This document shows, piece by piece, positions 18,355 to 28,214 of a stretch of 60,559 nt of DNA. Location: the IMG/VR virus record IMGVR_UViG_3300020469_005303, positions 1 to 60,559 of that record; one strand, 5' to 3'. A program made the position numbers and the translations under genes. Source of the stretch: a virus (lineage: Duplodnaviria; Caudoviricetes). The notes below the pieces were generated by a model. That model saw nothing but the letters and a program-made list of their open reading frames with translations. It was not told the origin of the DNA and did not search any database. The number at the start of each line of letters is the position of its first letter. Within the stretch, counting starts at the first letter, position 1.

Positions 18355-18383
18355 TATCTTCGTCAAATTTATTTGAAAATATT

Positions 18384-18411
18384 GGGGGTAAAAAAATTAC
18401 CCCCTTTTTTT
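18384..18411 (+). terminator. Rho-independent terminator after hsp20
   Basis: GGGGGTAA-AAAAA-TTACCCCC stem-loop followed by T7. Confidence 0.9.
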
Positions 18412-18478
18412 ATAATTATATTATATTTATACAACATACGAACTCGTACAAAGTTTAACAAAAGGAATATATATTATT

Positions 18479-19573
18479 ATGAAATTATTTACTGCAATTA
18501 TCGGAGGGTTGGCCCTCGCAGTAGCAGGAACAGCAGCGTTCTTTTCAGTTAGAGGTATAGGCCTTTTGTTTGCAGGAGCAGCGATTGCAGCTATGGTAAT
18601 GGCGGGTGTTTTAGAAGCAGGTAAACTTGCGATGACATCATTTTTGTATCGTTATTGGGAACGAATCCCTAGATTATTAAAATGGTACAGCACAATCGCA
18701 GTTGTTGTTTTAATCGGAGTCACCTCTTTAGGTATTTATGGATTTTTAAGTGATGCTTATGATGACACTCGTTCTAGGGTGGAAATGCACGAAAACAACA
18801 TTGAAACATTAAATAAAGAAATAGTTGTTATTGAGACCGAGATTGCTACACTACAAAACACGGATGTTACAGTAGAAGACAAAAAGACAGAGACAATCGC
18901 AGGATTCCAAAAAATATACGATGATTATGTAGAAGATAGACGGGCACGACAAGATGCGTTATCTTCACGCAACAAAACAGATACAGAAGCAAGAACCACA
19001 CGCAGACAACAATTACTTGATCGTTTATCTACACTAGATTCCGCAAAAACTGCAATAGAAGCAAAGGGTGGTGGATTATTTTCAAGCAACAAAAAGAAAC
19101 TTGAAGAGTTACGAGTTGCTCAACAACCAGAACGAGACTCTATCGCATCTTCGTTATCATCCATTTCAGAAGAAGAAACATCCGCAACAAAACGATATAA
19201 CGACTCACTTGCAAAAATAGACGAAGAGATTTCAACGGAATACGACAAATTCGTGGAAAAAGTAAATGGACTTCGTGATACAACAAACGATTTAGATAAT
19301 GTATCAGTCATTGAAGACAAGTATGACAAAATAAAATCCAATCAAGCAGATATCCTCGTAGAAAAAGAAGCAATAAGAGATACAGACATAGGAAGTTTTA
19401 GATTCATTGCAGAATCATTTAATTTACCAGTTGATACTGTTGTTAAGTGGTTCATTATTGTTATAGTATTAGTATTTGATCCCGTGGCAGTCGCATTAGT
19501 GCTTGCATACAACATAATGGTAGGTGGAAGAATGACTCTTGGAGAAGAGTTACCGAAAAAAAAAATTGGATAG
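18479..19573 (+). CDS. Membrane protein: about 3 N-terminal TM helices, long coiled coil, C-terminal TM
   Basis: Hydrophobic N-terminal 90 aa ([14 protein letters not shown]), heptad-rich middle, [21 protein letters not shown]; ends 2 codons after an A10 run. Confidence 0.8.
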   Translation: MKLFTAIIGGLALAVAGTAAFFSVRGIGLLFAGAAIAAMVMAGVLEAGKLAMTSFLYRYWERIPRLLKWYSTIAVVVLIGVTSLGIYGFLSDAYDDTRSRVEMHENNIETLNKEIVVIETEIATLQNTDVTVEDKKTETIAGFQKIYDDYVEDRRARQDALSSRNKTDTEARTTRRQQLLDRLSTLDSAKTAIEAKGGGLFSSNKKKLEELRVAQQPERDSIASSLSSISEEETSATKRYNDSLAKIDEEISTEYDKFVEKVNGLRDTTNDLDNVSVIEDKYDKIKSNQADILVEKEAIRDTDIGSFRFIAESFNLPVDTVVKWFIIVIVLVFDPVAVALVLAYNIMVGGRMTLGEELPKKKIG

Positions 19574-19626
19574 ATAATTTACCATTTGCCGATAAGTTAC
19601 AAAAAGAAGGTGACTTTGAAGAGGAA

Positions 19627-20253
19627 GTGGTTATATTAAAATCACCAACCCCTACACCAACTCCTACACCGTCTCCGAGTCCATCTCCGACTCCCACACC
19701 AACACCGAGTCCATCACCAACTCCTACACCAACACCGAGTCCCTCACCAACCCCTACACCGACTCCGACACCCACACCTTCACCGAGTCCATCACCAACT
19801 CCTACACCTACACCCACTCCCTCACCTTCACCGACTCCTACACCAACACCGAGTCCATCACCAACTCCTACACCCACTCCCTCACCTTCACCGACTCCTA
19901 CACCAACACCGAGTCCATCACCAACACCTTCACCAATTCCTACACCCACACCGAAACATAAATCAAAAAAACAAACGGAAGATGAGGATAATGTTATATC
20001 TACACCAATGTATGATGTAAATAGTGATCCTGAACCAAAAGGACCTTATTATGTTCCGTGGAAAAAAACGACTATGGATTTATATAATAAACTAAAAAAA
20101 GATGAAGACGAATCAATTTATGCGGATACCAGATACAAATCATCGGGTGGATATATACACGGAAGCACAATTGGAAATGTTCCACTGAAAGACGAAAGTA
20201 ATACTGACAAAAAAAATAAAAAAGATTCGCAAAAAAAAGACAAAAGTGACTAA
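19627..20253 (+). CDS. Pro/Thr/Ser-rich (mucin/extensin-like) ORF; possibly the -1 frameshift extension of the upstream gene
   Basis: About 104-aa xP dipeptide tract plus charged tail; this frame is open back through the A10 run at 19556-19565. Confidence 0.65.
   Translation: MVILKSPTPTPTPTPSPSPSPTPTPTPSPSPTPTPTPSPSPTPTPTPTPTPSPSPSPTPTPTPTPSPSPTPTPTPSPSPTPTPTPSPSPTPTPTPSPSPTPSPIPTPTPKHKSKKQTEDEDNVISTPMYDVNSDPEPKGPYYVPWKKTTMDLYNKLKKDEDESIYADTRYKSSGGYIHGSTIGNVPLKDESNTDKKNKKDSQKKDKSD
19642..19953 (+). repeat. Coding tandem repeat ([10 protein letters not shown])n, 30/60-bp period
   Basis: 19807-19866 is repeated near-identically at 19867-19926; degenerate 30-bp units elsewhere. Confidence 0.95.
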
Positions 20254-20266
20254 ATAAATAATTTAG

Positions 20267-20297
20267 TTGACAAATATATAATTATTTGCGATATTCT
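20267..20297 (+). promoter_or_regulatory. Possible sigma70-type promoter
   Basis: TTGACA at 20267; imperfect -10 (GATATT at N17 or TATTCT at N19). Confidence 0.4.
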
Positions 20298-20302
20298 ATC
20301 GG

Positions 20303-20587
20303 ATGATTAATATTCTAAGTCCTTTATTAATAAGTTGTAGTGTGCTAACACTATTGATTGGGGTACTTTTGTATATAATATACAACTTATATAGAAAAAA
20401 CACAATATATGAAAACTGGACTAATCAAATTTTTGAAAAAATAAATAAACTACAATCAGATATGAAACAAATAGATGATAAGAATATTTTTGAGACTGAT
20501 GACGAAGTGGGTGCTGTATTTGAAGATTTAGCAAAAATTATACAAGATTTTGATCACGATATAACACCTAAAGAAAAGGAACTATGA
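20303..20587 (+). CDS. Small membrane-anchored coiled-coil protein
   Basis: N-terminal TM (LLISCSVLTLLIGVLLYIIY), FETDDEVG motif. Confidence 0.7.
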   Translation: MINILSPLLISCSVLTLLIGVLLYIIYNLYRKNTIYENWTNQIFEKINKLQSDMKQIDDKNIFETDDEVGAVFEDLAKIIQDFDHDITPKEKEL

Positions 20588-20588
20588 A

Positions 20589-21314
20589 GTGGATACACCT
20601 AACAAACCAAAAAAACGAAGAAAAAAGTCAAAGATATACTTTGGAAAAGATGCAGAAAATGCGATTATTAAATATAATCAAACTGAGTGCGTGGTGGAAA
20701 GAAATAAAATATATAATGAAGGAATCTCATATCCGTTTGATAAACTTGCAGAAAATATACTTAATACTTTTAAGTTTTCATATTTTCAATGCAGTCATTT
20801 AGAGGTTCAACAGGAAGTTGTTAGTAATTTAGTAAGCAACATCCACAAATATAAACCAGAGAATGGGAAGGCGTTTTCTTATTTTAGTATAATTGCTAAA
20901 AACTTCTTGATATTATATAATAATGGTAATTATAGAAAGTTTAAAAAACACGTAAGTGTTGATGACGAAGAATCTACAAATGTTGATTTAGAGTTGAGCT
21001 CACTTCCAACAAACCCAACAAACAAAAAAGAAATATCAGAATTCTTTAAACTTATGATTGATTATTGGGATGTAAACATACAAAAAATTTTTAAAAAGCA
21101 CAACGAACTTCAAATTGCGTATGCAGTTCTTGAAATATTTAGAAATTCAGACAGAATCGAGAATTTTAACAAAAAGGCTTTATATCTTTATATAAGAGAA
21201 ATGACAAACTGCAAAACTCAAAATATTACTAAAGTTGTAAATAAAATGAAAGATATGCAAAAAAGAATTCAAATTGAATATAAAGAGACTGGTAATGTTA
21301 AAAACGATTATTAG
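20589..21314 (+). CDS. Phage sigma factor-like protein (T4 gp55 late sigma-like)
   Basis: Sigma region 2-like: KLAENI...QQEVVSNLVSNIHKYKPENGKAFSYFSIIAKNFLI; C-terminal HTH-like LYIREMTNCKTQNITKVVN; GTG start. Confidence 0.6.
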   Translation: MDTPNKPKKRRKKSKIYFGKDAENAIIKYNQTECVVERNKIYNEGISYPFDKLAENILNTFKFSYFQCSHLEVQQEVVSNLVSNIHKYKPENGKAFSYFSIIAKNFLILYNNGNYRKFKKHVSVDDEESTNVDLELSSLPTNPTNKKEISEFFKLMIDYWDVNIQKIFKKHNELQIAYAVLEIFRNSDRIENFNKKALYLYIREMTNCKTQNITKVVNKMKDMQKRIQIEYKETGNVKNDY

Positions 21315-21353
21315 TAAATAATATAAAAAATATGTATATTCATATTTATATTT

Positions 21354-21758
21354 ATGGATACTGATAAAGAAATATTTGATGGAAAAACATTTGCATCTCT
21401 TGCTAAAGATATTTATTTTAACTCAACACGCAAGTCAGCACAAATAGATCAATTAATTAAAGACCTACGCACAATGGTCAAAGATGCAGGAAGTGCGACT
21501 GTAATAGCACCAATGATTAAAGATTACATTGATGTATCAGTAAAAAATGATGATCAACTTGTCAAACTGTCAGCTGTATTACAAAGATTTCTAAGTGGTT
21601 CTTCTTCAGAAGGAGAGGGAGATACTTCTGGTCTGACTGAATCGGAAAAAGAAGAACTATTAAAGAGTGTAAAAAAAGAAGTAGAAGAAATTAGTAAGTC
21701 AGAGTCTTTGATAAACAATGATGTTAAGAAACTTGAGAAAAATATGGAAGAAAAATAA
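21354..21758 (+). CDS. Hypothetical helical phage protein
   Basis: Clean ORF after ATATTTATA motif; VKNDDQLVKL, LTESEKEELL. Confidence 0.75.
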   Translation: MDTDKEIFDGKTFASLAKDIYFNSTRKSAQIDQLIKDLRTMVKDAGSATVIAPMIKDYIDVSVKNDDQLVKLSAVLQRFLSGSSSEGEGDTSGLTESEKEELLKSVKKEVEEISKSESLINNDVKKLEKNMEEK

Positions 21759-22807
21759 TGGCACATACGCAAGTACAACTGAAGTCTAAAACGCAAAATC
21801 TAGAAAAAAAACAACTATCAACTATCCGCGGAAACGAATTGTCTGGTAAAGATTCTTCGTTTTTCTACGAATTGGAGGCGGCAATAGTAATTGATGTTAT
21901 TCGTGATGAGACTCATCCAATTTTTTCCGAATCTAATGCAGAAGTGCCGACCGTAGAAAGATCAACTTGGCCAGATTCTTACAACGAACCCAATATCCGT
22001 GATTACTCATGGATTGGTCGTGTACGAGTTAGATTGATTAATAGTCAACAAACTACACCGATTAATAAATTAGACTGGGTTACACCACTTGAGACTGGTA
22101 TATTTGAATATCCGTTGGTAAATGAAATCGTAATCGTATCAAACTACATGGGAAGGCAATATTATACAAGAAGACTAAATTCAAGAAACTTTGTGAATAA
22201 TTGTGCAGATTTTTCTCACGAACATAGATATGGTGGTCCTGGTGGAATAAATGCAACTAAAAGTCCAGGTTCACTTGAGGGTGCAAGAAATAAATCTGAC
22301 TTATGGCCAGCAACAAATAGATATGCTGATCCAGTCGGTAAACCATTTTTAGGAAAGTATTTTAAAGCAAATAATAAAATAAGACCACTTAGACACTATG
22401 AGGGTGATACGATAATACAAAGTCGTTTTGGAAGTAGTGTAAGGTTTGGATGCTATGAAAATAATCCGTCTGTTGATGTTGGAACGCAAAACGGATATGG
22501 AGAGTCGTATGCTGAGAATTTAGGAAATCCAATGATATTAATAAGAAATCGTCAAAAGATAACTAAAAAAGATGAAAAGTGGTTTCAATATAATATTCTA
22601 GAGGATGTCAACGAAGACGGAAGTTCGATACAAATTACATCAGGTAGAACAGTATCTAAATTTGTTCCAACGCTCACACATCAGTATGATAACGTTCCAT
22701 ATAGAAGAAGAGGTTGTGTACATAAAACATATAACGGTTTGGATGGTATATCAAATAGCAACATAGGAAAAAGAAAAGATATAATCGACACAAGTTTTAG
22801 AAATTAA
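21758..22807 (+). CDS. Baseplate hub/central spike N-terminal part (gp5/gpV OB-fold-like)
   Basis: GRVRVR...YPLVNEIVIV, EGDTIIQSRFGSSVRF, EDVNEDGSSIQITS; position upstream of gp25/gp6. Confidence 0.6.
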   Translation: MAHTQVQLKSKTQNLEKKQLSTIRGNELSGKDSSFFYELEAAIVIDVIRDETHPIFSESNAEVPTVERSTWPDSYNEPNIRDYSWIGRVRVRLINSQQTTPINKLDWVTPLETGIFEYPLVNEIVIVSNYMGRQYYTRRLNSRNFVNNCADFSHEHRYGGPGGINATKSPGSLEGARNKSDLWPATNRYADPVGKPFLGKYFKANNKIRPLRHYEGDTIIQSRFGSSVRFGCYENNPSVDVGTQNGYGESYAENLGNPMILIRNRQKITKKDEKWFQYNILEDVNEDGSSIQITSGRTVSKFVPTLTHQYDNVPYRRRGCVHKTYNGLDGISNSNIGKRKDIIDTSFRN

Positions 22808-22808
22808 A

Positions 22809-25433
22809 ATGAAGACCAAAGATCCAAATTGCAAAGCGTGTGAAGAAAATAATAATCCAAACACAATCCCACGATCAGATATTGCATCGTTTGCATCAAA
22901 CAATAATATGACAGGTGCATTATCTGCTTCATTCGGAACAGCAGTAGATATGGGAACGGCTGGAAAATTAGGTAAAAGGTTTGGTGGAAAGTCTCCGTCT
23001 GTGCTAATGAAATTTATAGAAACACCTGGTAGTAATAAGCAAAAAAGAAATATGTCATCTGATCAAAAAAAGAAACATATAATAAACTCCGTTGGATTAG
23101 GAAACTTTGGTTTGAATTCAACTCTTGAAAGAGGAATCATCGGGTCAGTTGGTTCGGCCAGAAACGGATCATCGTCTTTTTTAAAAGGAAACAAAACAGG
23201 AAGCTCGTTGATTGCGGCGTCAGCTCTTGGAATTGATGTACCTGGATCAAATATGCTTGGTATAGGACCAAACGACACACCAATGTTTAAGTTATTTAAA
23301 CTTGCAGGATTTGGATTGAAGATGTTGTGTGCCACTTTAAAAAATAAACAAAGAGGAGATTACACATCTGATACAGAATCTGCTTTGGGTTTAATACTTT
23401 CACTTGGTATTAATCTTGATTTACTTGCAAGACTCAAGTCTATATTTGATAAACTTTTAAACTTAAAACCAAATTTTGGTGGATTTGGAATTCAAGATTT
23501 AAATATTGCAAATAGTTTATTTAATTTGTGTGATTGGGTAGAAAATATGGAATACGGTTCGGATACAATCGATACATTCAGAAAAACGTTCGCAAATGTT
23601 TCCTCAAACAAAGGTCTAACTGAAGTTGTCGGAAAAAAATTAATTTCAGATGGAACATACGACACATATGCAAGTAATGATTTTGGTTTTGATCAACAAT
23701 TTAAATCAATAGCAGGTGATATAGATATGCTTAAGTGCGACGCCTGCAATTTAGGAAAAACAAATTTGACTGTTGCACAAGGAAATAAAGATTTAGTAAA
23801 TCTTGAATTTGATGCTCGTACTGGATTTAAAAGAGAACGTGGATATGATGAAGTTAAAAATGAATCAAACGATACAAGTCCAATACTCGTTAAAAACGAT
23901 GTAATAAAAAAACTAGGAGTCGCAGATACATTAACAGAACCTGTAATAGCTGGATCAACAAAACTAGAAGTAAAAAATGCTGAACAATTTCCGATAAACT
24001 CCTTTGCAGTAATTGACGAAGGCACACCACAAGAGGAGTGTATATGCGTCCAAGGATACGGATCATTGCAATTAAAAGAACCAATGCAAAATAATCATGA
24101 TGCAGGTGCAACACTATCACCACCCTCAAGTGAATGTAAGGCATTCTTTGACTGGGGTTCTGATATAGAGTCGAGTGAAGGAATTCAATTTGAATCTGCT
24201 AGTGAAAACATTGAATTTATAAACGAAAAAATACCAACAAATAATTTATCTGAAGAACTTAGTAATAAAACTGCGATTATTAAAAAAGACATAAACGTTG
24301 AGGATATAAAATATTCACAAAAATCAATAATCACACAAATTACCGAATCCGATGATAAATTAACAAAAGATAAAATAAATACGAATTTAGATGTAAAACC
24401 AAAAAGTATAAAAGAGCAACTTGGAGTAAAATCTGAGTCATATGAAAAAGAAATAGAAACAACTTTAGATGAAACAAAAGTAAAGAATGATATCATATCA
24501 AAAGATAAAGATATTAAAGCAAAAAATAAAGAAGATTTAGAAAGTGAAATTAAAAAAGATGCAATCAGTTCTCACCAAGTTGTAGAGCAAAAAACAAGTA
24601 ATATTGAATATCAATCTGATTCAAAGAGTATAGTGTATGACACTTATACAGACGAAGAAGGAAATATCAAAGAGGATACCTATGAAAAAACAGGAGATTC
24701 TTCATTCAAAAAAACTAAATCTACAGTAAGACAAACCAAACCGTCTGGTGGTCCACCAGTAGAGCCAGACGCAACAGAAGTAACATCCTTTCATACAGGT
24801 GAAACAATTACCCGTGATGAATTAAACGGTACTGTTCTTGAGGATGCTGATATGAATGCAGTTGGTTTATTGCACCCAAATGATATTGAAAATTTAAAGG
24901 ACACAGAAGAAGTTGAAAAAACTTTAGCAGACGCCGAGAAAGTATACGATAAGATTTTCGCAGAGGAAATAGAAAAAACTGAAAATTTAGTATTAACCGA
25001 ACAAACCGATGGTATAATATTTGGAGCTCAATTACCAACTCTAAATGGAAATCAAATTGTAATTAACTCAGAACGAGTTTTAATTTCTGCCAAAACACAA
25101 GAATGTGGTATATTTTCAAAAAGAAAGTTTTTTGTTTCAACTGATGATGAAATTACGATGAATGCAAAACAACGAATTGTTTTAAAAACTGATATGCATA
25201 CATCAATCGAGTCACCGACCATTCACCTCGGTGTTTATACAACCAGAAATCATCCTTCTTTAAAAGGAGATTGCACGGTGTGGTGGTTACAAGATTTATG
25301 TGATTGGTTATCAGGACACACTCATAGTGATCCATTTATTACAACAGGATCACCAACTCAACAAGGTTCTTTATCAGCTTTAAGAGCAAGAGCTCCAACA
25401 TTATTGAGTGAACGAATATTTATATCTGGATAG
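22809..25433 (+). CDS. Large protein ending in gp5/gpV-like spike beta-helix with HxH tip
   Basis: C-terminal NQIVINSERVLISAK...ITMNAK...SIESPTIHLG...LKGD...GHTH; N-terminal ~740 aa not recognised. Confidence 0.6.
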   Translation: MKTKDPNCKACEENNNPNTIPRSDIASFASNNNMTGALSASFGTAVDMGTAGKLGKRFGGKSPSVLMKFIETPGSNKQKRNMSSDQKKKHIINSVGLGNFGLNSTLERGIIGSVGSARNGSSSFLKGNKTGSSLIAASALGIDVPGSNMLGIGPNDTPMFKLFKLAGFGLKMLCATLKNKQRGDYTSDTESALGLILSLGINLDLLARLKSIFDKLLNLKPNFGGFGIQDLNIANSLFNLCDWVENMEYGSDTIDTFRKTFANVSSNKGLTEVVGKKLISDGTYDTYASNDFGFDQQFKSIAGDIDMLKCDACNLGKTNLTVAQGNKDLVNLEFDARTGFKRERGYDEVKNESNDTSPILVKNDVIKKLGVADTLTEPVIAGSTKLEVKNAEQFPINSFAVIDEGTPQEECICVQGYGSLQLKEPMQNNHDAGATLSPPSSECKAFFDWGSDIESSEGIQFESASENIEFINEKIPTNNLSEELSNKTAIIKKDINVEDIKYSQKSIITQITESDDKLTKDKINTNLDVKPKSIKEQLGVKSESYEKEIETTLDETKVKNDIISKDKDIKAKNKEDLESEIKKDAISSHQVVEQKTSNIEYQSDSKSIVYDTYTDEEGNIKEDTYEKTGDSSFKKTKSTVRQTKPSGGPPVEPDATEVTSFHTGETITRDELNGTVLEDADMNAVGLLHPNDIENLKDTEEVEKTLADAEKVYDKIFAEEIEKTENLVLTEQTDGIIFGAQLPTLNGNQIVINSERVLISAKTQECGIFSKRKFFVSTDDEITMNAKQRIVLKTDMHTSIESPTIHLGVYTTRNHPSLKGDCTVWWLQDLCDWLSGHTHSDPFITTGSPTQQGSLSALRARAPTLLSERIFISG

Positions 25434-25445
25434 AAAGGTTATACA

Positions 25446-25859
25446 ATGAAAAAAAATGAACTAATAAAACTAATAAGAAGTGCAGTAAGGGCTGAATTAA
25501 ATGAGTCGTTACCAAAGATGTTATCTGAATTAATTAAAACGGAATCTATATCTGATACAGTTGACGATCCCGTTGAAATTACTAAAAGTGTTTTAAAAAA
25601 TACAATTCAAGAAACCAATCAAAAGCCTTTACCAACAAAAAGGTACAGCAGAAATGAAGCACTCAATAAAGTGTTAAATGAAACGGTAGGTGGAATACCA
25701 GCAGAAGGACCACGGGTTGGAGAACCAGAAACAATGACTGATCTTAGTGGTAATCAAGTAAATGTAGAAAGTTTACCCGATCATTTATCAAAGGCATTAA
25801 CCAGAAATTATTCAGATGTAGTTAAATTAGTTGATCAAAAACGAGGAAAACTTAAATGA
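25446..25859 (+). CDS. Hypothetical phage protein
   Basis: Clean ORF; MKKNELIKLIRSAVRAELNE, LNKVLNET, ALTRNYS motifs. Confidence 0.75.
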   Translation: MKKNELIKLIRSAVRAELNESLPKMLSELIKTESISDTVDDPVEITKSVLKNTIQETNQKPLPTKRYSRNEALNKVLNETVGGIPAEGPRVGEPETMTDLSGNQVNVESLPDHLSKALTRNYSDVVKLVDQKRGKLK

Positions 25860-26242
25860 ATAAAGATATACCACTTGGTATTAGAATTCCTTACTCACGT
25901 GGTAGTCGAGGTTTTTTTGATCAAACTTACTCGGACATAGAACGAAGTCACACCAATTTGAAAATGTTGTTGATGACAGCAAAAGGTGAACGACCCATGA
26001 TGCCTACATATGGAAGTGATCTTAGAAGTCTATTATTTAATCCAGCAGAGGATGAATATGACGAATTGTTAAAAGAAGCCGTACAAGATGCTACTGAAAA
26101 GTGGATGCCAGAGGTATTAATTACTGGAGTAGATGTATTAAGAGACCTTACTACTGCACCAAATTCTGCAACATTGAAAATAAGTTTCTCGTTGAGTTCA
26201 ATACCAGATTCATACGAAACTTTAGAAATAGAGGTATCATAA
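25856..26242 (+). CDS. Baseplate wedge subunit gp25-like
   Basis: NLKMLLMTAKGERPMMPTYGSDLRSLLFNP, WMPEV. Confidence 0.92.
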   Translation: MNKDIPLGIRIPYSRGSRGFFDQTYSDIERSHTNLKMLLMTAKGERPMMPTYGSDLRSLLFNPAEDEYDELLKEAVQDATEKWMPEVLITGVDVLRDLTTAPNSATLKISFSLSSIPDSYETLEIEVS

Positions 26243-26243
26243 A

Positions 26244-28214
26244 ATGGAAAACGACACATATCAACAAGCTTTGGCAAACAAAAAAGACATAAACTATACT
26301 GGTAAAGATTTTAATTCATTTAGAAAAAATTTAATTGAATATTCAAAATCATACTTCTCGTCTACGTACAGAGATTTTAGTGAAAACTCAACTGGTATGA
26401 TGTTTATAGAACTTGCGAGTTATGTTGGTGACGTGTTGTCATATTACATAGACCACCAATTTAAAGAAGGATTTCTTCAATATTCCTCGGAAAGAAAAAA
26501 TATTATTAGTTTAGCAAACTATCTTGGTTACAAAATAAGAACATCCGTATCAGCAACAACCGAATTGGAAGTATTTCAATTAGTTCCTTCTAAAGTTGGT
26601 TTAAACGGAAAAATGGAACCTGATTTTAAATATGCACTTAACATTCAAGAAGGAATGGAGGTATCTTCATCAGATGGAAACTCACCACCCTTTAGGACAA
26701 TAACTCAGATAAATTTTAACGAAAACAAAAAAGATTCAAAACGTGAAGTAAGTGTATACGAAAGAGACTCAATTGGCCAACCGACATTTTATTTACTTAA
26801 AAAAAGATGCATGGCAAGTGCAGGTACACTCACCAGTAAATCAGTAAGAGTTGGAGAACCTAGTGAATTTTTTGAAGTGACCCTTACTGAACAAAATGTA
26901 ATAGAGGTACTTTCAGTCACCGATTCGGCAGGAAATTTATATTACGAAGTACCATATTTAGCACAAGATACAATTGCAATTGAAGAACCCAACGACTATC
27001 AAAATAATCCTGCTTATATGGAATATTCCGATTCTGTTCCATATATATTGAAATTTATAAAATCCTCTAGAAGATTTACAACCATTGTAAATCCTGATAA
27101 CACAACAACGTTAGAATTTGGTGCAGGAAGTGATAAGTTTGATGACGAAATAATAATTCCAAACCTAGATAATTTGGGAAAGACTATGAATTCTGCAAAA
27201 AATCTTGAGACGGGTATTGATCCAAGTAATTTTTTAAAGTCAAACAGTTACGGCAGTGCTCCTTCAAATACTACTCTTAACATAAAATATTATATAGGAG
27301 GTGGGGTATCTTCAAATGTATCGGCGAATACATTGAATACAATTCAAAATATAAAATTTCAAGAAACGACAGATTACCTAGATCCCACCGAACAAGCATC
27401 AGTTGATACAATAAAATCAAGTGTTCAGGTAAATAATCCATTACCCGCAACAGGTGGCAAGTCAGCAGAAACAGATGAAGAAATTCGGCAAAACGGATTG
27501 GCATCATTTTCTTCTCAACATCGTGCAGTTACACGTGATGATTATGTTATACGAACTTTATCGATGCCACCAAAGTTTGGAAGTATAGCAAAAGCATATG
27601 TTTCAAAAGACGGAATTCTCGATACAAAATCGCAAACAAATATTTTTAAGGAAGCATTTGTGGATGAAGCAAAAGTAACTCCAAATGGAATGAATATTGT
27701 CTACGGAGAGTTAAACAACCCACTTGCAATTAATTTATATGTTTTGTCTTACGATAAAAATAATCACTTAGTAAGACCAAATGAATTAGTATTGAAAAAT
27801 TTGAAAAAATATTTGAGTAAATATAGAATTCTGACCGATGGAATCAATATTACAAATGCTTTTGTCATAAACTTTGGAATAAATTTTGAAATTTCAATAT
27901 TTGAAAACTTTAATAAAAAAGAGATATTAATTTCTTGTATAAGTGAACTTACAGAAATGTATACAACTGATAAAATATCAATTATGCAACCGGTAGAAAT
28001 TGGAGAAATAGAACTAAAATTATCAAAAGTTACAGGAGTACGTTCAGTAGTAGATGTAGAAATTGTAAACTTGACAACTGAAGATGGAGACTATTCCGAA
28101 AACGAATACGATATTAAAGCAGCTACGATGGGTAAAACAATATATCCATCAATGGACCCATCAATATTTGAATTAAAATTTCCAAAAAAAGATATCGTAG
28201 GGAGAATAATATAA
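26244..28214 (+). CDS. Baseplate wedge subunit gp6 / baseplate J-like
   Basis: KDFNSFRKNLIEY, DFSENSTGMMFIELASYVGDVLSYY, LEFGAG, ATGGKSAETDEEIR, QHRAVTRDDY. Confidence 0.92.
   Translation: MENDTYQQALANKKDINYTGKDFNSFRKNLIEYSKSYFSSTYRDFSENSTGMMFIELASYVGDVLSYYIDHQFKEGFLQYSSERKNIISLANYLGYKIRTSVSATTELEVFQLVPSKVGLNGKMEPDFKYALNIQEGMEVSSSDGNSPPFRTITQINFNENKKDSKREVSVYERDSIGQPTFYLLKKRCMASAGTLTSKSVRVGEPSEFFEVTLTEQNVIEVLSVTDSAGNLYYEVPYLAQDTIAIEEPNDYQNNPAYMEYSDSVPYILKFIKSSRRFTTIVNPDNTTTLEFGAGSDKFDDEIIIPNLDNLGKTMNSAKNLETGIDPSNFLKSNSYGSAPSNTTLNIKYYIGGGVSSNVSANTLNTIQNIKFQETTDYLDPTEQASVDTIKSSVQVNNPLPATGGKSAETDEEIRQNGLASFSSQHRAVTRDDYVIRTLSMPPKFGSIAKAYVSKDGILDTKSQTNIFKEAFVDEAKVTPNGMNIVYGELNNPLAINLYVLSYDKNNHLVRPNELVLKNLKKYLSKYRILTDGINITNAFVINFGINFEISIFENFNKKEILISCISELTEMYTTDKISIMQPVEIGEIELKLSKVTGVRSVVDVEIVNLTTEDGDYSENEYDIKAATMGKTIYPSMDPSIFELKFPKKDIVGRII

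Noticed and set aside
19461-19949. 162-aa Gly-Val repeat ORF on minus strand (also 39846-40070)
   Set aside because: Antisense shadow of the Pro-Thr tract; opposes the local gene direction.
19642-19953. CRISPR-like array
   Set aside because: Tandem coding repeats with no unique spacers and no cas genes; the same applies to 28948-29007.
20584-20802. 72-aa ATG ORF overlapping the sigma-like gene
   Set aside because: Alternative frame with no recognisable features; the 20589 frame carries the conserved motifs.
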